A stretch of 64,000 bases of DNA from a virus (lineage: Duplodnaviria; Caudoviricetes): positions 1,691-65,690 of the IMG/VR virus record IMGVR_UViG_3300025435_000018, one strand, 5' to 3'. The position numbers were made by a program, and so were the translations under genes. Numbering within the stretch: the first letter of the stretch is position 1; every line of letters begins with the position of its first letter. A model generated the notes under the pieces. That model ran no database searches, had not been told where the DNA came from, and was given only the letters and a program-made list of their open reading frames with translations. Shown here piece by piece: positions 46,972 through 55,610 of this stretch.

Positions 46972-47385
46972 TCATTTTGAGTCAACCAATGGGTCCCAAC
47001 GGTTAACAACAGGACGTTCCGCAGGGCCTAGTCCATGTGGGTTGCTGTTACAGACTGTGGCTTGGCCTGTACCATTCTGCATGTCCTCTCGCACATGAAC
47101 GCAACCAACAGGTTTGGGTTTTTGCTGTGGACAATAGGTCTTGATCTCGTTCAAGTTCTTGTAGATGATGGCACGACGATTAGCATCAAACGCAAACGGT
47201 GTCGTAGTTGCCAACTGTTGGCGCAGGAACACAGTTTGTTCTGCGGCATGTTCGCAGTCCCATTTAAAATGGTTCAAGTCACCAAATGCCATGCCCTGTG
47301 GTGGAGGGTTGTAGAGTGGGGTGTTGTTGGCACAGGCAGCAAGTGTGAGCGCGGCCACAACAATCAACGATCTTTGCAGTACCAT
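46972..47385 (-). CDS. lipoprotein
   Basis: Lipobox LAAC. Confidence 0.7.
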   Translation of the reverse strand: MVLQRSLIVVAALTLAACANNTPLYNPPPQGMAFGDLNHFKWDCEHAAEQTVFLRQQLATTTPFAFDANRRAIIYKNLNEIKTYCPQQKPKPVGCVHVREDMQNGTGQATVCNSNPHGLGPAERPVVNRWDPLVDSK

Positions 47386-47615
47386 TCTAGTCTTTCAACG
47401 TAGAGATCAATCGCATGATTGTATTCTTCTACAGTTACACGATCACCAGTACGCATGGGCAAGGGTTTCAAACTTGTCAAATAGCTGATATGACGATCAC
47501 GGTTTAAACAATCCGGTGTGGGCCCGTATGTGGTCCAGAGACTATCATACAGGGGCCTAGGGTCCGGGGGAAGACAATCAGCCATGCCCATCAGCAAGGC
47601 GATCAGCATACACAT
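47364..47615 (-). CDS. hypothetical protein
   Basis: Coupled ORF; hydrophobic N-terminus. Confidence 0.6.
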   Translation of the reverse strand: MCMLIALLMGMADCLPPDPRPLYDSLWTTYGPTPDCLNRDRHISYLTSLKPLPMRTGDRVTVEEYNHAIDLYVERLEWYCKDR

Positions 47616-47783
47616 GATCAGTGCTTGTGGAAAGTTACAGTCTGCTTGACGGCCTGGACTGCTTCGGTCTCACCAACTCCTGCGTTACGCTGTACATAAC
47701 GCACAGCATCACGGCTGTTGAATTGAAGAACAAAAATTGCTTCATTGGCGAAGCGCTCGACGGTTGCGTTCATGTATAACTCC

Positions 47784-48014
47784 TTACTTGACGCGGTTGA
47801 TAATCTCTAAGGCCTGACTACAATCCAAGCCTGCTTCATTTTGCAGAGCTTCTTCCATTTCCATCAGCTCAACATCTTTTTCAACACGATAGCGCTGGAT
47901 CAGTTTTACTGCATAGATACGGTCTTCTTGATCCAGGCTCTCGGCCCACTCATTGAACTGGTCATCAGTCAAGCCAATGATGTAGTTGAGATTGTTGCGA
48001 TCATAATCATTCAT
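47784..48014 (-). CDS. hypothetical protein
   Basis: MNDYDRNNL.YI; AGGAG SD. Confidence 0.75.
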   Translation of the reverse strand: MNDYDRNNLNYIIGLTDDQFNEWAESLDQEDRIYAVKLIQRYRVEKDVELMEMEEALQNEAGLDCSQALEIINRVK

Positions 48015-48168
48015 AGTCAGCTCCTGCGTGTTTAGGCTTGCGTTGGTAACGAGGTTTTGCGTTCACTACCTTGGGTTTGAACGGCGTGTCGCTTCGAAAC
48101 AGAACCCGGTGCGCTCTTGGCTCGGGGCTTTGATGCTTGAGTTTTATTTTTAGTTTTTCGACTGCCAT
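48007..48168 (-). CDS. ArfA-like small basic protein (53 aa)
   Basis: Not in ORF track; CAGGAG SD; VLFRSDTPFKPKVVNAKPRYQRKPKH resembles ArfA [27 protein letters not shown]. Confidence 0.6.
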   Translation of the reverse strand: MAVEKLKIKLKHQSPEPRAHRVLFRSDTPFKPKVVNAKPRYQRKPKHAGADYE

Positions 48169-48373
48169 TTCCAAACTCCTGTGTGATATAGTAGGCCAGC
48201 ATCTTGTCGTTGATGTAGCTTACCAAATCTTGGTCCAGTGCCTCGGCCATGAACCGTACCGGGCACCGACCCCATGTTTTGTATTTAACAAATTCCGAAT
48301 ACCATCTGCGGTGATCAGGATTGTCAACATCAAATGCAACAATGGGACGACTTCCACGAAACAGTATACTCAT
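48032..48373 (-). CDS. hypothetical protein
   Basis: RP.VAFD..NPDHR...WG.CPVRF; tail overlaps the ArfA-like ORF. Confidence 0.7.
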   Translation of the reverse strand: MSILFRGSRPIVAFDVDNPDHRRWYSEFVKYKTWGRCPVRFMAEALDQDLVSYINDKMLAYYITQEFGNGSRKTKNKTQASKPRAKSAPGSVSKRHAVQTQGSERKTSLPTQA

Positions 48374-48382
48374 TGTGAGTCC

Positions 48383-48613
48383 TTATTTGATTTCGTTCAA
48401 CTTTTTCAAAGACTCAGCCATTTCCAGTTTGCTGACTTCCATCTGATAAATGCAGTAGATGCAAAACACAAGACATGAGCCTGAAAATACATTGATCAAG
48501 ATGTTTACAGGCACGTACATGAGTGCTAAGAAGAAAGCAGCTGAGGCTACAAGCATAGTTAAGAAGACTTTCAACACATTGACTGCGGCTCGTTGTTTAA
48601 GTGTAAGTGACAT
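48383..48613 (-). CDS. small membrane protein
   Basis: Two TM segments. Confidence 0.7.
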   Translation of the reverse strand: MSLTLKQRAAVNVLKVFLTMLVASAAFFLALMYVPVNILINVFSGSCLVFCIYCIYQMEVSKLEMAESLKKLNEIK

Positions 48614-48668
48614 TGTTTTGTTCCTTGTAAAACTGTATTATAACACATCTGCCATTTGGGGTCAACTT

Positions 48669-48941
48669 TTATTCGTCGTCACCTTCGTCGTCGTATTCGT
48701 CAATCAAGCAACCATCAAACACAGATTCCAGCGCATCACCGGCACCAGGTTGGGAGTTCAACTCGCCCCAAGCTGTCAATAAATCATCTGCCAAGTAGTC
48801 TTGGAATTTTTTGGAATCCATCATTGCATACAGTTTTTCTTCGTCAACCTTAAAGCCAGCTTCTTCCAAACTGCCAATCAAAAAACCAGCGGACACTTTG
48901 ATTGTCATGGTCATTGTTTTTGTAGATTTCTTTGATGTCAT
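48669..48941 (-). CDS. acidic hypothetical protein
   Basis: AAGGAG SD; early promoter. Confidence 0.7.
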   Translation of the reverse strand: MTSKKSTKTMTMTIKVSAGFLIGSLEEAGFKVDEEKLYAMMDSKKFQDYLADDLLTAWGELNSQPGAGDALESVFDGCLIDEYDDEGDDE

Positions 48942-49001
48942 TTCCAACTCCTTTTGTTTCAACATGTATGTATTATAGCACTTTGCTCATTTCTGGGCAA
49001 A

Positions 49002-49202
49002 TCAAGCTGTCAAACGTGCCAGGATGAGATTTTGCAATTCTGCAACATCCGCATCGGCAACGTAGAAATCGGTAGTAGGATCGTAGTACTTTCCTTCTTT
49101 GGAATCGTAGTACAAAGTAGCACCATTGGGATAGTGAAAGGGACCTTCCAGTCCTTTACGTGGACCAAAACGTGCATCATGTTGAAAAACGGTGTATGCC
49201 AT
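49002..49202 (-). CDS. conserved phage hypothetical protein
   Basis: GLEGPF...LYYD.KEGKYYDPTTDFY. Confidence 0.78.
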   Translation of the reverse strand: MAYTVFQHDARFGPRKGLEGPFHYPNGATLYYDSKEGKYYDPTTDFYVADADVAELQNLILARLTA

Positions 49203-49304
49203 GCTGGACTCCTTTGTTGCTATGTCGTTATTATACTGCCAAAGTCATTTCTGGGCAACCAAAAAGAAACCCGCCGAAGCGGGTTTGCAAGTAGTACTTG
49301 AGTA

Positions 49305-49685
49305 TTACTCTGTGACCTTGACATTTGGATCACTACAATAACGATTCCACCAATATTTAAACTCGGCAACTTCCCGTGCTGTTACATTGCTGCTCCAGAT
49401 TGCTGACTGCCCGGTAAAGACAGTGTGTTCAGTTGGAGTCAATGTTTCCTGAGCCCACAGCCAAAGTCCAAAATCGTTAGAATAAACTGGTTGCAAAGTT
49501 CTGTAATAATAGGTAATTCCATTGTGATTAATAGTACCACTGGCATTGGCAGTTAACTGTGCAATTACTGTTGATGACGTACTTGGAGTCGAGTTTCCAA
49601 TTATGTAATTGAGCTGACTAACTGTATTTGCACTGGTATATGTTATCTTTGTTCCAGATAAATGGGTGTATTCTACTTGTTGCAT
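49305..49685 (-). CDS. hypothetical late protein
   Basis: TAAATA upstream; Thr/Ser-rich. Confidence 0.65.
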   Translation of the reverse strand: MQQVEYTHLSGTKITYTSANTVSQLNYIIGNSTPSTSSTVIAQLTANASGTINHNGITYYYRTLQPVYSNDFGLWLWAQETLTPTEHTVFTGQSAIWSSNVTAREVAEFKYWWNRYCSDPNVKVTE

Positions 49686-49754
49686 TTTGGATTCCTATAT
49701 GCAAGTATTTATGAAAAAACCCGCCGAAGCGGGTTATTCTGTAAACTTTACAGA

Positions 49755-50024
49755 TTACTTTTTGACGTTGAAAGATTTCATTGCGTCTTCGGCTGCTTTC
49801 CAGTAGTTAAACTTTAGAGCGTCTTGTGTGAGTTTGGTAAATTCACTGGCAACTTGTGTGGCACTGTCTGTACCTGCTTTGACTGCCTTTTTGGTGTATT
49901 CAGTTTGTGCATCAACGAAACCGTTCAATGCGTCAGCGATGGTGCTGTTGTTTGCGAATACTGTGTTAACGAAGTTCTTTTTGCCTGTTTGGATCAGGTC
50001 GATTGCTGGATCAAGTGTAAACAT
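49755..50024 (-). CDS. phasin-like (PHA granule-associated) protein
   Basis: 89-aa amphipathic helical protein, Ala/Lys/Thr-rich (ALNGFVDAQTEYTKKAVKA); PhaR-type box in promoter. Confidence 0.55.
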   Translation of the reverse strand: MFTLDPAIDLIQTGKKNFVNTVFANNSTIADALNGFVDAQTEYTKKAVKAGTDSATQVASEFTKLTQDALKFNYWKAAEDAMKSFNVKK

Positions 50025-50086
50025 GGTTTTCTCCTTATAAAGCGAGTTTACTATACTGTGGGCCCAACTATTGGCACCCTACAAAG

Positions 50087-50125
50087 TATTTAGTTATTGT
50101 ACATGCTGCGGTGCAGCGAAGTCAA
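50087..50125 (-). promoter_or_regulatory. sigma70 promoter with PhaR-type palindrome in the spacer, plus TAAATA late element
   Basis: TTGACT-18-TACAAT; GCTGC-GGT-GCAGC at 50105-50117; TAAATA at 50087-50092. Confidence 0.6.
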
Positions 50126-50214
50126 TGGTTTTCACTAGTGAGCTGTCACTAATTTTATTTTTACTGTAATATTTGCAGGTGTAAATACTTTACCATTCAA
50201 ATAGGAGATCTCAA

Positions 50215-50559
50215 ATGGAATTGGATTTTGGAACATGCGCTGCCATTGCGCTAGTCTTAGTTATTTTGGCAATACTGATGACCGGACGCCGTAAAAAAGA
50301 AGAAGTCATTGAGGAAGCTGCACCTGTTGCACCTTACAAAGTCGAAACACCTGCTGTTGCCGAAACTGTTGAAGCTGCACCTGTTGCTTTACCAGTTGAA
50401 GGCGCAGGCACAGTTGAAGTACCGGCTAAACCAGCACGTAAACCACGTGCTCCTAAAGTTGGCGCTACCACTGCTGCCAAAGCTAAAGCTGCTGACAAAA
50501 AGCCAGCCGCAAAAGCCAAAGCACCTGCTAAAAAAGCTCCAGCTAAAAAGACCAAGTAA
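50215..50559 (+). CDS. membrane-anchored protein with histone H1-like PAKKA tail
   Basis: N-terminal TM helix; KKPAAKAKAPAKKAPAKKTK; TAAATA and AGGAG upstream. Confidence 0.8.
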   Translation: MELDFGTCAAIALVLVILAILMTGRRKKEEVIEEAAPVAPYKVETPAVAETVEAAPVALPVEGAGTVEVPAKPARKPRAPKVGATTAAKAKAADKKPAAKAKAPAKKAPAKKTK

Positions 50560-51644
50560 TGAGTCAACAAACGGGGGTATTTGTTCCGCAAGGCACAGAT
50601 GCCCTTTTTTCTTTTCATTTCACCAAGTGTTGGCTAACACACGCTATCACAGTCTACAATGACCGTGATCTATTTGTAGCTAGTCAACATGAACGTAAGA
50701 TTGCTTGCTTTCAAATGCCTTATCCTGTTGATAGTGCATTTGACAGCACTGTACAAGATCTCTTGGCGCATTGTGACCATGTATTAATCTTAATGAGTGA
50801 ACTGCATGATCGTACAGTAGAGTTTATAACCCGTAACGATCATGCTCGCATAAGCTATTTCATCTGCGGTGAACTAAACTTTACTCTAGCCAATAGTCCT
50901 GTACACAAGTTCTATGATTGGTTCACTACTACTGCACACTTCTACAAATACGAACGCCCACAACTGTTAAACAATAGTCTGCACCCGTATGCGGTCAAAC
51001 CCAAACAGTTTGATGCACTCTTGGGACGCAAGAAATTACACAGAGACATTGCCTACAATGGCCTAGACCGAGATGCTAATGTTGTTACCTATTTAAACAC
51101 CACAGACTGTGACTTTAGTGATGCAACAAAATGGCGTTGGGAAGATACAGGACTAGTAATCGAAAAACCAGTGGAGTGGACTGTGGACCGTGTCAACTAT
51201 CACGGGCACCGAATGAGTCTAAGTCAGATTGTACCGCTTGAAGTCTATAATGAAACTGCTTACAGTCTAGTAGCTGAGACCTGCTTCAGTAATCATTTTA
51301 GTTTTTACACAGAAAAGACTGTCAAGCCCATATTAGGTCAACGCTTGTTTGTACAACTAAATGGACAGTACGCACTACGCAATCTACGTGCCATGGGCTT
51401 TAGAACCTTTGATGGTATCATTGACGAAAGTTATGATCAAGAACCTGGCCTTGTAGAACGCTGTAACATGGTACTAGAACAAGTAAAATATCTCGGTACG
51501 CTCAAACAAGAAGCAGTACTCAAGGAAATCTGCCCTATCTGTGAACACAATTATGCTCACTTGATGAGGACAGATTGGTATGGCAGTTATTTTATGCCAG
51601 CGTTTGTTTCCTACTTTTTACAAAATCCGCAAACGCAAAACTAG
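50559..51644 (+). CDS. putative glycosyltransferase-like protein (TEK..KPI family)
   Basis: LVAET...YTEKTVKPI...LR.MGFRTF..IIDESYD; paralog of 59001. Confidence 0.65.
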   Translation: MSQQTGVFVPQGTDALFSFHFTKCWLTHAITVYNDRDLFVASQHERKIACFQMPYPVDSAFDSTVQDLLAHCDHVLILMSELHDRTVEFITRNDHARISYFICGELNFTLANSPVHKFYDWFTTTAHFYKYERPQLLNNSLHPYAVKPKQFDALLGRKKLHRDIAYNGLDRDANVVTYLNTTDCDFSDATKWRWEDTGLVIEKPVEWTVDRVNYHGHRMSLSQIVPLEVYNETAYSLVAETCFSNHFSFYTEKTVKPILGQRLFVQLNGQYALRNLRAMGFRTFDGIIDESYDQEPGLVERCNMVLEQVKYLGTLKQEAVLKEICPICEHNYAHLMRTDWYGSYFMPAFVSYFLQNPQTQN

Positions 51645-52626
51645 CCAAGTTCTTGGCCTTGCTCTCGCACATGATGTCAAAGTTTTCAGCAAAGCCGGCG
51701 GCCCATTCATTTACTGCTGTATTCCAGTAGAAGTCACTGTGTGCCCGCATCTTTTGCTTTTTGTAACCCTGTGTCAAAAGAAGTCCAAAGTCCGGAGCAA
51801 CTGTGGGCGAATGGCCCACAAGTACATCCTCACGGCTGATACTATAGTGCATAGTAGGACGCTGACCACGCCAGCTATCAATAACCTGTCGCACCATAGG
51901 ATCATCAGGTTGGATGTAAACACCTTCCCGGCACCAGTGATGATGTACGTCAAGAACGATAGGAACCAAATCACTAATAGTAAGGCAATCAGCAAGTCCA
52001 TGACTATTCTCCTCGTTCTCGATTGTTAAGCAGTTACGTGCCTCAGGGCTAAGACGGCCATATACATCTCTAATGCCTTGGGCGCCACGTTTACCGGAGA
52101 TGTGTACATTGATCTTAAGATCCTGAAATTCTCTGCCGTATCCCATCCAACGAGCCATATCGACATGGTATTCAAACTCCTCTATTGAACGTGCAACAAT
52201 GTTATCGGATTCGCTAGCAAGAACAACAAACTGCCCAGGATGAAAACTAAGGCGCACTCCACGGGCGCGAGCCACAGCACCAATCTCGTTAAAGCCGTTT
52301 TCGCAAAACGACTTAACGGCTGGTTGATGATGAAATACACGATAAGTAGGTTCAGTGTACATAGGCAGGATATCACTGCCAAGGCGTACCATGCGAAGGC
52401 TGTCATCAAGTTCTCCTACTCGTTCAACGAGTCGTTTGGTTGCAGAAAGGTTGTGGCGAACAATTTCCCACATCTTGTCATCGGCTACACTAGCAGTCTG
52501 GCGTTTAAGCCAAGCCACAGTGGTACCTTTGAGATTGAGCTCAGGAACTGACGCAGGTTGCCCTTTTGCGTCAAGTTCAGAGTACTTGCAGGCAAAGCCA
52601 ATGCGCGGAATAGAATGTGTAGTCAT
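51592..52626 (-). CDS. uvsE: UV-damage endonuclease
   Basis: IGFAC, RLGSD, RLSFHPGQF, INVH, TIENEE, LDVHHH, AHSD, ESKAK. Confidence 0.95.
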   Translation of the reverse strand: MTTHSIPRIGFACKYSELDAKGQPASVPELNLKGTTVAWLKRQTASVADDKMWEIVRHNLSATKRLVERVGELDDSLRMVRLGSDILPMYTEPTYRVFHHQPAVKSFCENGFNEIGAVARARGVRLSFHPGQFVVLASESDNIVARSIEEFEYHVDMARWMGYGREFQDLKINVHISGKRGAQGIRDVYGRLSPEARNCLTIENEENSHGLADCLTISDLVPIVLDVHHHWCREGVYIQPDDPMVRQVIDSWRGQRPTMHYSISREDVLVGHSPTVAPDFGLLLTQGYKKQKMRAHSDFYWNTAVNEWAAGFAENFDIMCESKAKNLASFAFADFVKSRKQTLA

Positions 52627-52656
52627 GCTGTATTATAGCATGTTTGCCATTAGGGG

Positions 52657-53094
52657 TCAAGTGTAGATCCAGCCCAGGTGTTCTAGCTGGTGAATCCAAG
52701 TAAAAATGGGCGTCGAAAAGTGTAGGCACCAACGTCCGTTCCAACCCATGTAGGTCGATCCGTGATACACACTGGGTAATACTTTTGTTTGCTCACTTGC
52801 CCAGGGTTCAGGATACACTGGTGTGTAGGTACTGCTCCACTTGAAACGATCTAGTCGCATACCTTCAAACTCTACATAGGCAATTTCAACAGCCATGTCA
52901 GGATCATTGTCGGGCTTGTTGTAAAAGTCAATGAACAATTCATGCGGTCCTGCTGCTAAATCCAAATTAAAGTTGAGCTCGCAAGGCTCTGCTAACTGCA
53001 ATCCCTTAGTCACATCAACACCATCTAGTCCATAGTTGATACAGGCGGCACCGTGCGGTACAAGTCCAATCTTAAACTTGGTATTGTATTGCAT
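52657..53094 (-). CDS. hypothetical protein
   Basis: Coupled to the radical SAM gene; YMGWNG.W...F..P.F.W. Confidence 0.75.
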   Translation of the reverse strand: MQYNTKFKIGLVPHGAACINYGLDGVDVTKGLQLAEPCELNFNLDLAAGPHELFIDFYNKPDNDPDMAVEIAYVEFEGMRLDRFKWSSTYTPVYPEPWASEQTKVLPSVYHGSTYMGWNGRWCLHFSTPIFTWIHQLEHLGWIYT

Positions 53095-54361
53095 CTAAAA
53101 ACTCTCGGTACTCGGGATAGTAACTGTATGCATCTAGTTTGTACTCACGGTCCCAACGTTGTAACCAAACAGCCAGTTCTTGTCTCAGTTTTGCTACATC
53201 ATTGGGTTCAGGAGCACCCAACAAATTAATCATTGCATCACATTCTCTACGCAAAGTTGTATTCAACGTGCCTACATTACGTCCAGTAGCCAATCCAGTA
53301 AACTGTCCGGGATCAATTGAATCCTTTACCCGTTGATAATGTTCGACAAACTGTTGTCGTAATTTGCAAGGTAGAACTGATATCTGTAGGTATTCAGGTG
53401 CAGTTACCGGAATGCCTTGTAAGGGTAATTGTTGTTGCCATGCCCAAGCAATTAATTTATAATAGTTGTTAATGCTGAGTAGTTGTGGCGCACTTCTCAA
53501 TACTACATGAAACGTGTCTGACTGTTGCTGGACCAATTTGGCTATGTTGCCCATGACCACAGTTGTATCAGTTCCTGTACGCAAATAGTCGTTGTTGGAT
53601 TCAATACTTTCAATGCTGACTTCAATATCACAACTGCGGAATCGTTTCAGTCTATCTACAATGGTTTGATCAAATAGTGTTCCGTTGGTTACAAAACTAA
53701 TTGACACGTTGGCTTTGTCGTTGTCTAGTAGAAAGTCTAACAGTTCAGGAAAACGCTTGTTCAGCAGGGGCTCGCCGCCCATGAAATGTATTCTGTTTAG
53801 ATTGGGTGTTGCCAGTACGCTATCTGTAAAGTTTTGCCATGACAGTGGATCTAGTGTCCAGTTGCGATTGGCACTGACATCTATCAGTTGCCACTTGGTG
53901 TAGAGACTGGATATCTTACTGCTGGCGCTGGGTCTGCACATTCTGCAGGTGAGGTTACATTCATTGCCTAGATCCACGTGCCAATCAACAGGTTGTCTAG
54001 CACCAATGGGATTCTCAAAGGCAGCATACATGGGACTCTGTTGATAGCTGCGTTCAAATGCCTGTTCTGTAAAAATTACGCTCTTGAAGTTTTCTTTGAT
54101 ACGTCGACTTTCGTATCCCACTGCTTCTTCTCGATAGCAGGCTGTGCATTGTGACAAGGGTTGACTACCCTTGATTTGTTCACGTGCTTGGGTCATGACA
54201 TCTGTAGCATACCACTGTGCCACAGTCATGTTTTTTAGATTGTATTTTGTGGGTTCTTGATGTGGTGCGTGACGTTCACTGCAACACATGCCAAAACTGC
54301 CGTCCCAATATATGTGCGTATTGGTCCAAGGCACATTACAAAATATCTTCTGATTGGACAT
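53072..54361 (-). CDS. radical SAM protein with N-terminal SPASM/twitch-like domain
   Basis: CNLTCRMC, FMGGEP, TNGT; N-terminal C..PW...CC...C..C. Confidence 0.92.
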   Translation of the reverse strand: MSNQKIFCNVPWTNTHIYWDGSFGMCCSERHAPHQEPTKYNLKNMTVAQWYATDVMTQAREQIKGSQPLSQCTACYREEAVGYESRRIKENFKSVIFTEQAFERSYQQSPMYAAFENPIGARQPVDWHVDLGNECNLTCRMCRPSASSKISSLYTKWQLIDVSANRNWTLDPLSWQNFTDSVLATPNLNRIHFMGGEPLLNKRFPELLDFLLDNDKANVSISFVTNGTLFDQTIVDRLKRFRSCDIEVSIESIESNNDYLRTGTDTTVVMGNIAKLVQQQSDTFHVVLRSAPQLLSINNYYKLIAWAWQQQLPLQGIPVTAPEYLQISVLPCKLRQQFVEHYQRVKDSIDPGQFTGLATGRNVGTLNTTLRRECDAMINLLGAPEPNDVAKLRQELAVWLQRWDREYKLDAYSYYPEYREFLDAIQYQV

Positions 54362-54362
54362 G

Positions 54363-55610
54363 TTAGTCTATGATGCCAAAGTTGGCCCAACGTGCATCAC
54401 CGAGGCTGACCCATCCCAGTGGTCCTCCCAAATTTGGATTCTCGTTGAATACAATCATACCACGCACTGCATCGTAGTTGGGAGGAGTTGCAGCAGATGT
54501 AAAAGTCAAGTTGCCTATCTTGATAGTTTTAACAGTTACACTACCATCAGCTTCAATGGTCAAGTTTTGTTGTTGATTGCTGCTCAATACCAATGTGCCA
54601 CGTTCGGCGGAGATCTCTGCCGTGTCTTGACGTAGTTTACCAATGTTGATTTCAACTTCTTCGTCCCATACACTGAGTGCAGCATTGGGACTCATGGTGT
54701 TTACACCTACACGCTTATTGCTGGCATAGACTGTTTCACTTAAGAGTGTTTCACCTGAGGTTTGTAGATCTTGCAGTATGCCCACTGACTGTAGCTGGCT
54801 GTGGAACACATTGAGCAAGCGTTGTCCATCAACAATCACACGTCCGTTGAGACTGATCTTGCCTAGGTCAAGTCCTTCTGTTAGGATACGTTCAAAGATC
54901 TTGTCTTGGTGTGCAGTCAGCACGTCATCAGTAATAACTGCTTTGGCTGCACCTGCTGCATCACTGATCAACTGTTGATACGCAGGACCATCTACAATGC
55001 GTCCCTGAATGTCTAGGTCGCCATCAATGATTGCACCACCCTTGACTTCAACTCTTGGTGCGTAGAGTGTGTTTTCAAATATTGTACCTTGATCAAGAAT
55101 AGTAACACGACAATCTGTTGCTTGATCGTCAATACCTGTGCTGCCAAAGTTTTTAATAACTCCGCCTACAACATGGTCGCCTGTAATGACTAAATCTTTG
55201 AGATCCAGTGCGGCACTGTCAATGCTGGCGTCAGGAAATGGGTAGTGTGCATTGTTGGGATCTAGTTTTAGATTCACCTGCTCCACAATCATGCCGCCAA
55301 GATCATAAGATGCAATACGCTCGTTGACCATTGTTTTTACCAGTCCATTTGCAGTAGCAATCATCTGCTCTGCTGTGTCCCTAGCAACGGTTTCCAAACG
55401 CTCATCAAGGTGTGATACATTGGGAGTGAAGTTGTGCAACTGTTGTTCGATGCGTGTATTGACCATTCGGTCAATGTAGTCACCACTGATCAGTTCATCA
55501 AGCCTGTTGACAACGGCGGCAGTTACAACGGTACCAATTTGTTCTTGTACCTGTTGTAATACTTCTGCTGTGATGTCTGTTACTAAATTTTCGAATATAT
55601 CCTTGGACAT
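54363..55610 (-). CDS. hypothetical protein (possibly structural)
   Basis: 415 aa; NFGSTGIDDQAT; C-terminal GWV....WANFG. Confidence 0.75.
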   Translation of the reverse strand: MSKDIFENLVTDITAEVLQQVQEQIGTVVTAAVVNRLDELISGDYIDRMVNTRIEQQLHNFTPNVSHLDERLETVARDTAEQMIATANGLVKTMVNERIASYDLGGMIVEQVNLKLDPNNAHYPFPDASIDSAALDLKDLVITGDHVVGGVIKNFGSTGIDDQATDCRVTILDQGTIFENTLYAPRVEVKGGAIIDGDLDIQGRIVDGPAYQQLISDAAGAAKAVITDDVLTAHQDKIFERILTEGLDLGKISLNGRVIVDGQRLLNVFHSQLQSVGILQDLQTSGETLLSETVYASNKRVGVNTMSPNAALSVWDEEVEINIGKLRQDTAEISAERGTLVLSSNQQQNLTIEADGSVTVKTIKIGNLTFTSAATPPNYDAVRGMIVFNENPNLGGPLGWVSLGDARWANFGIID

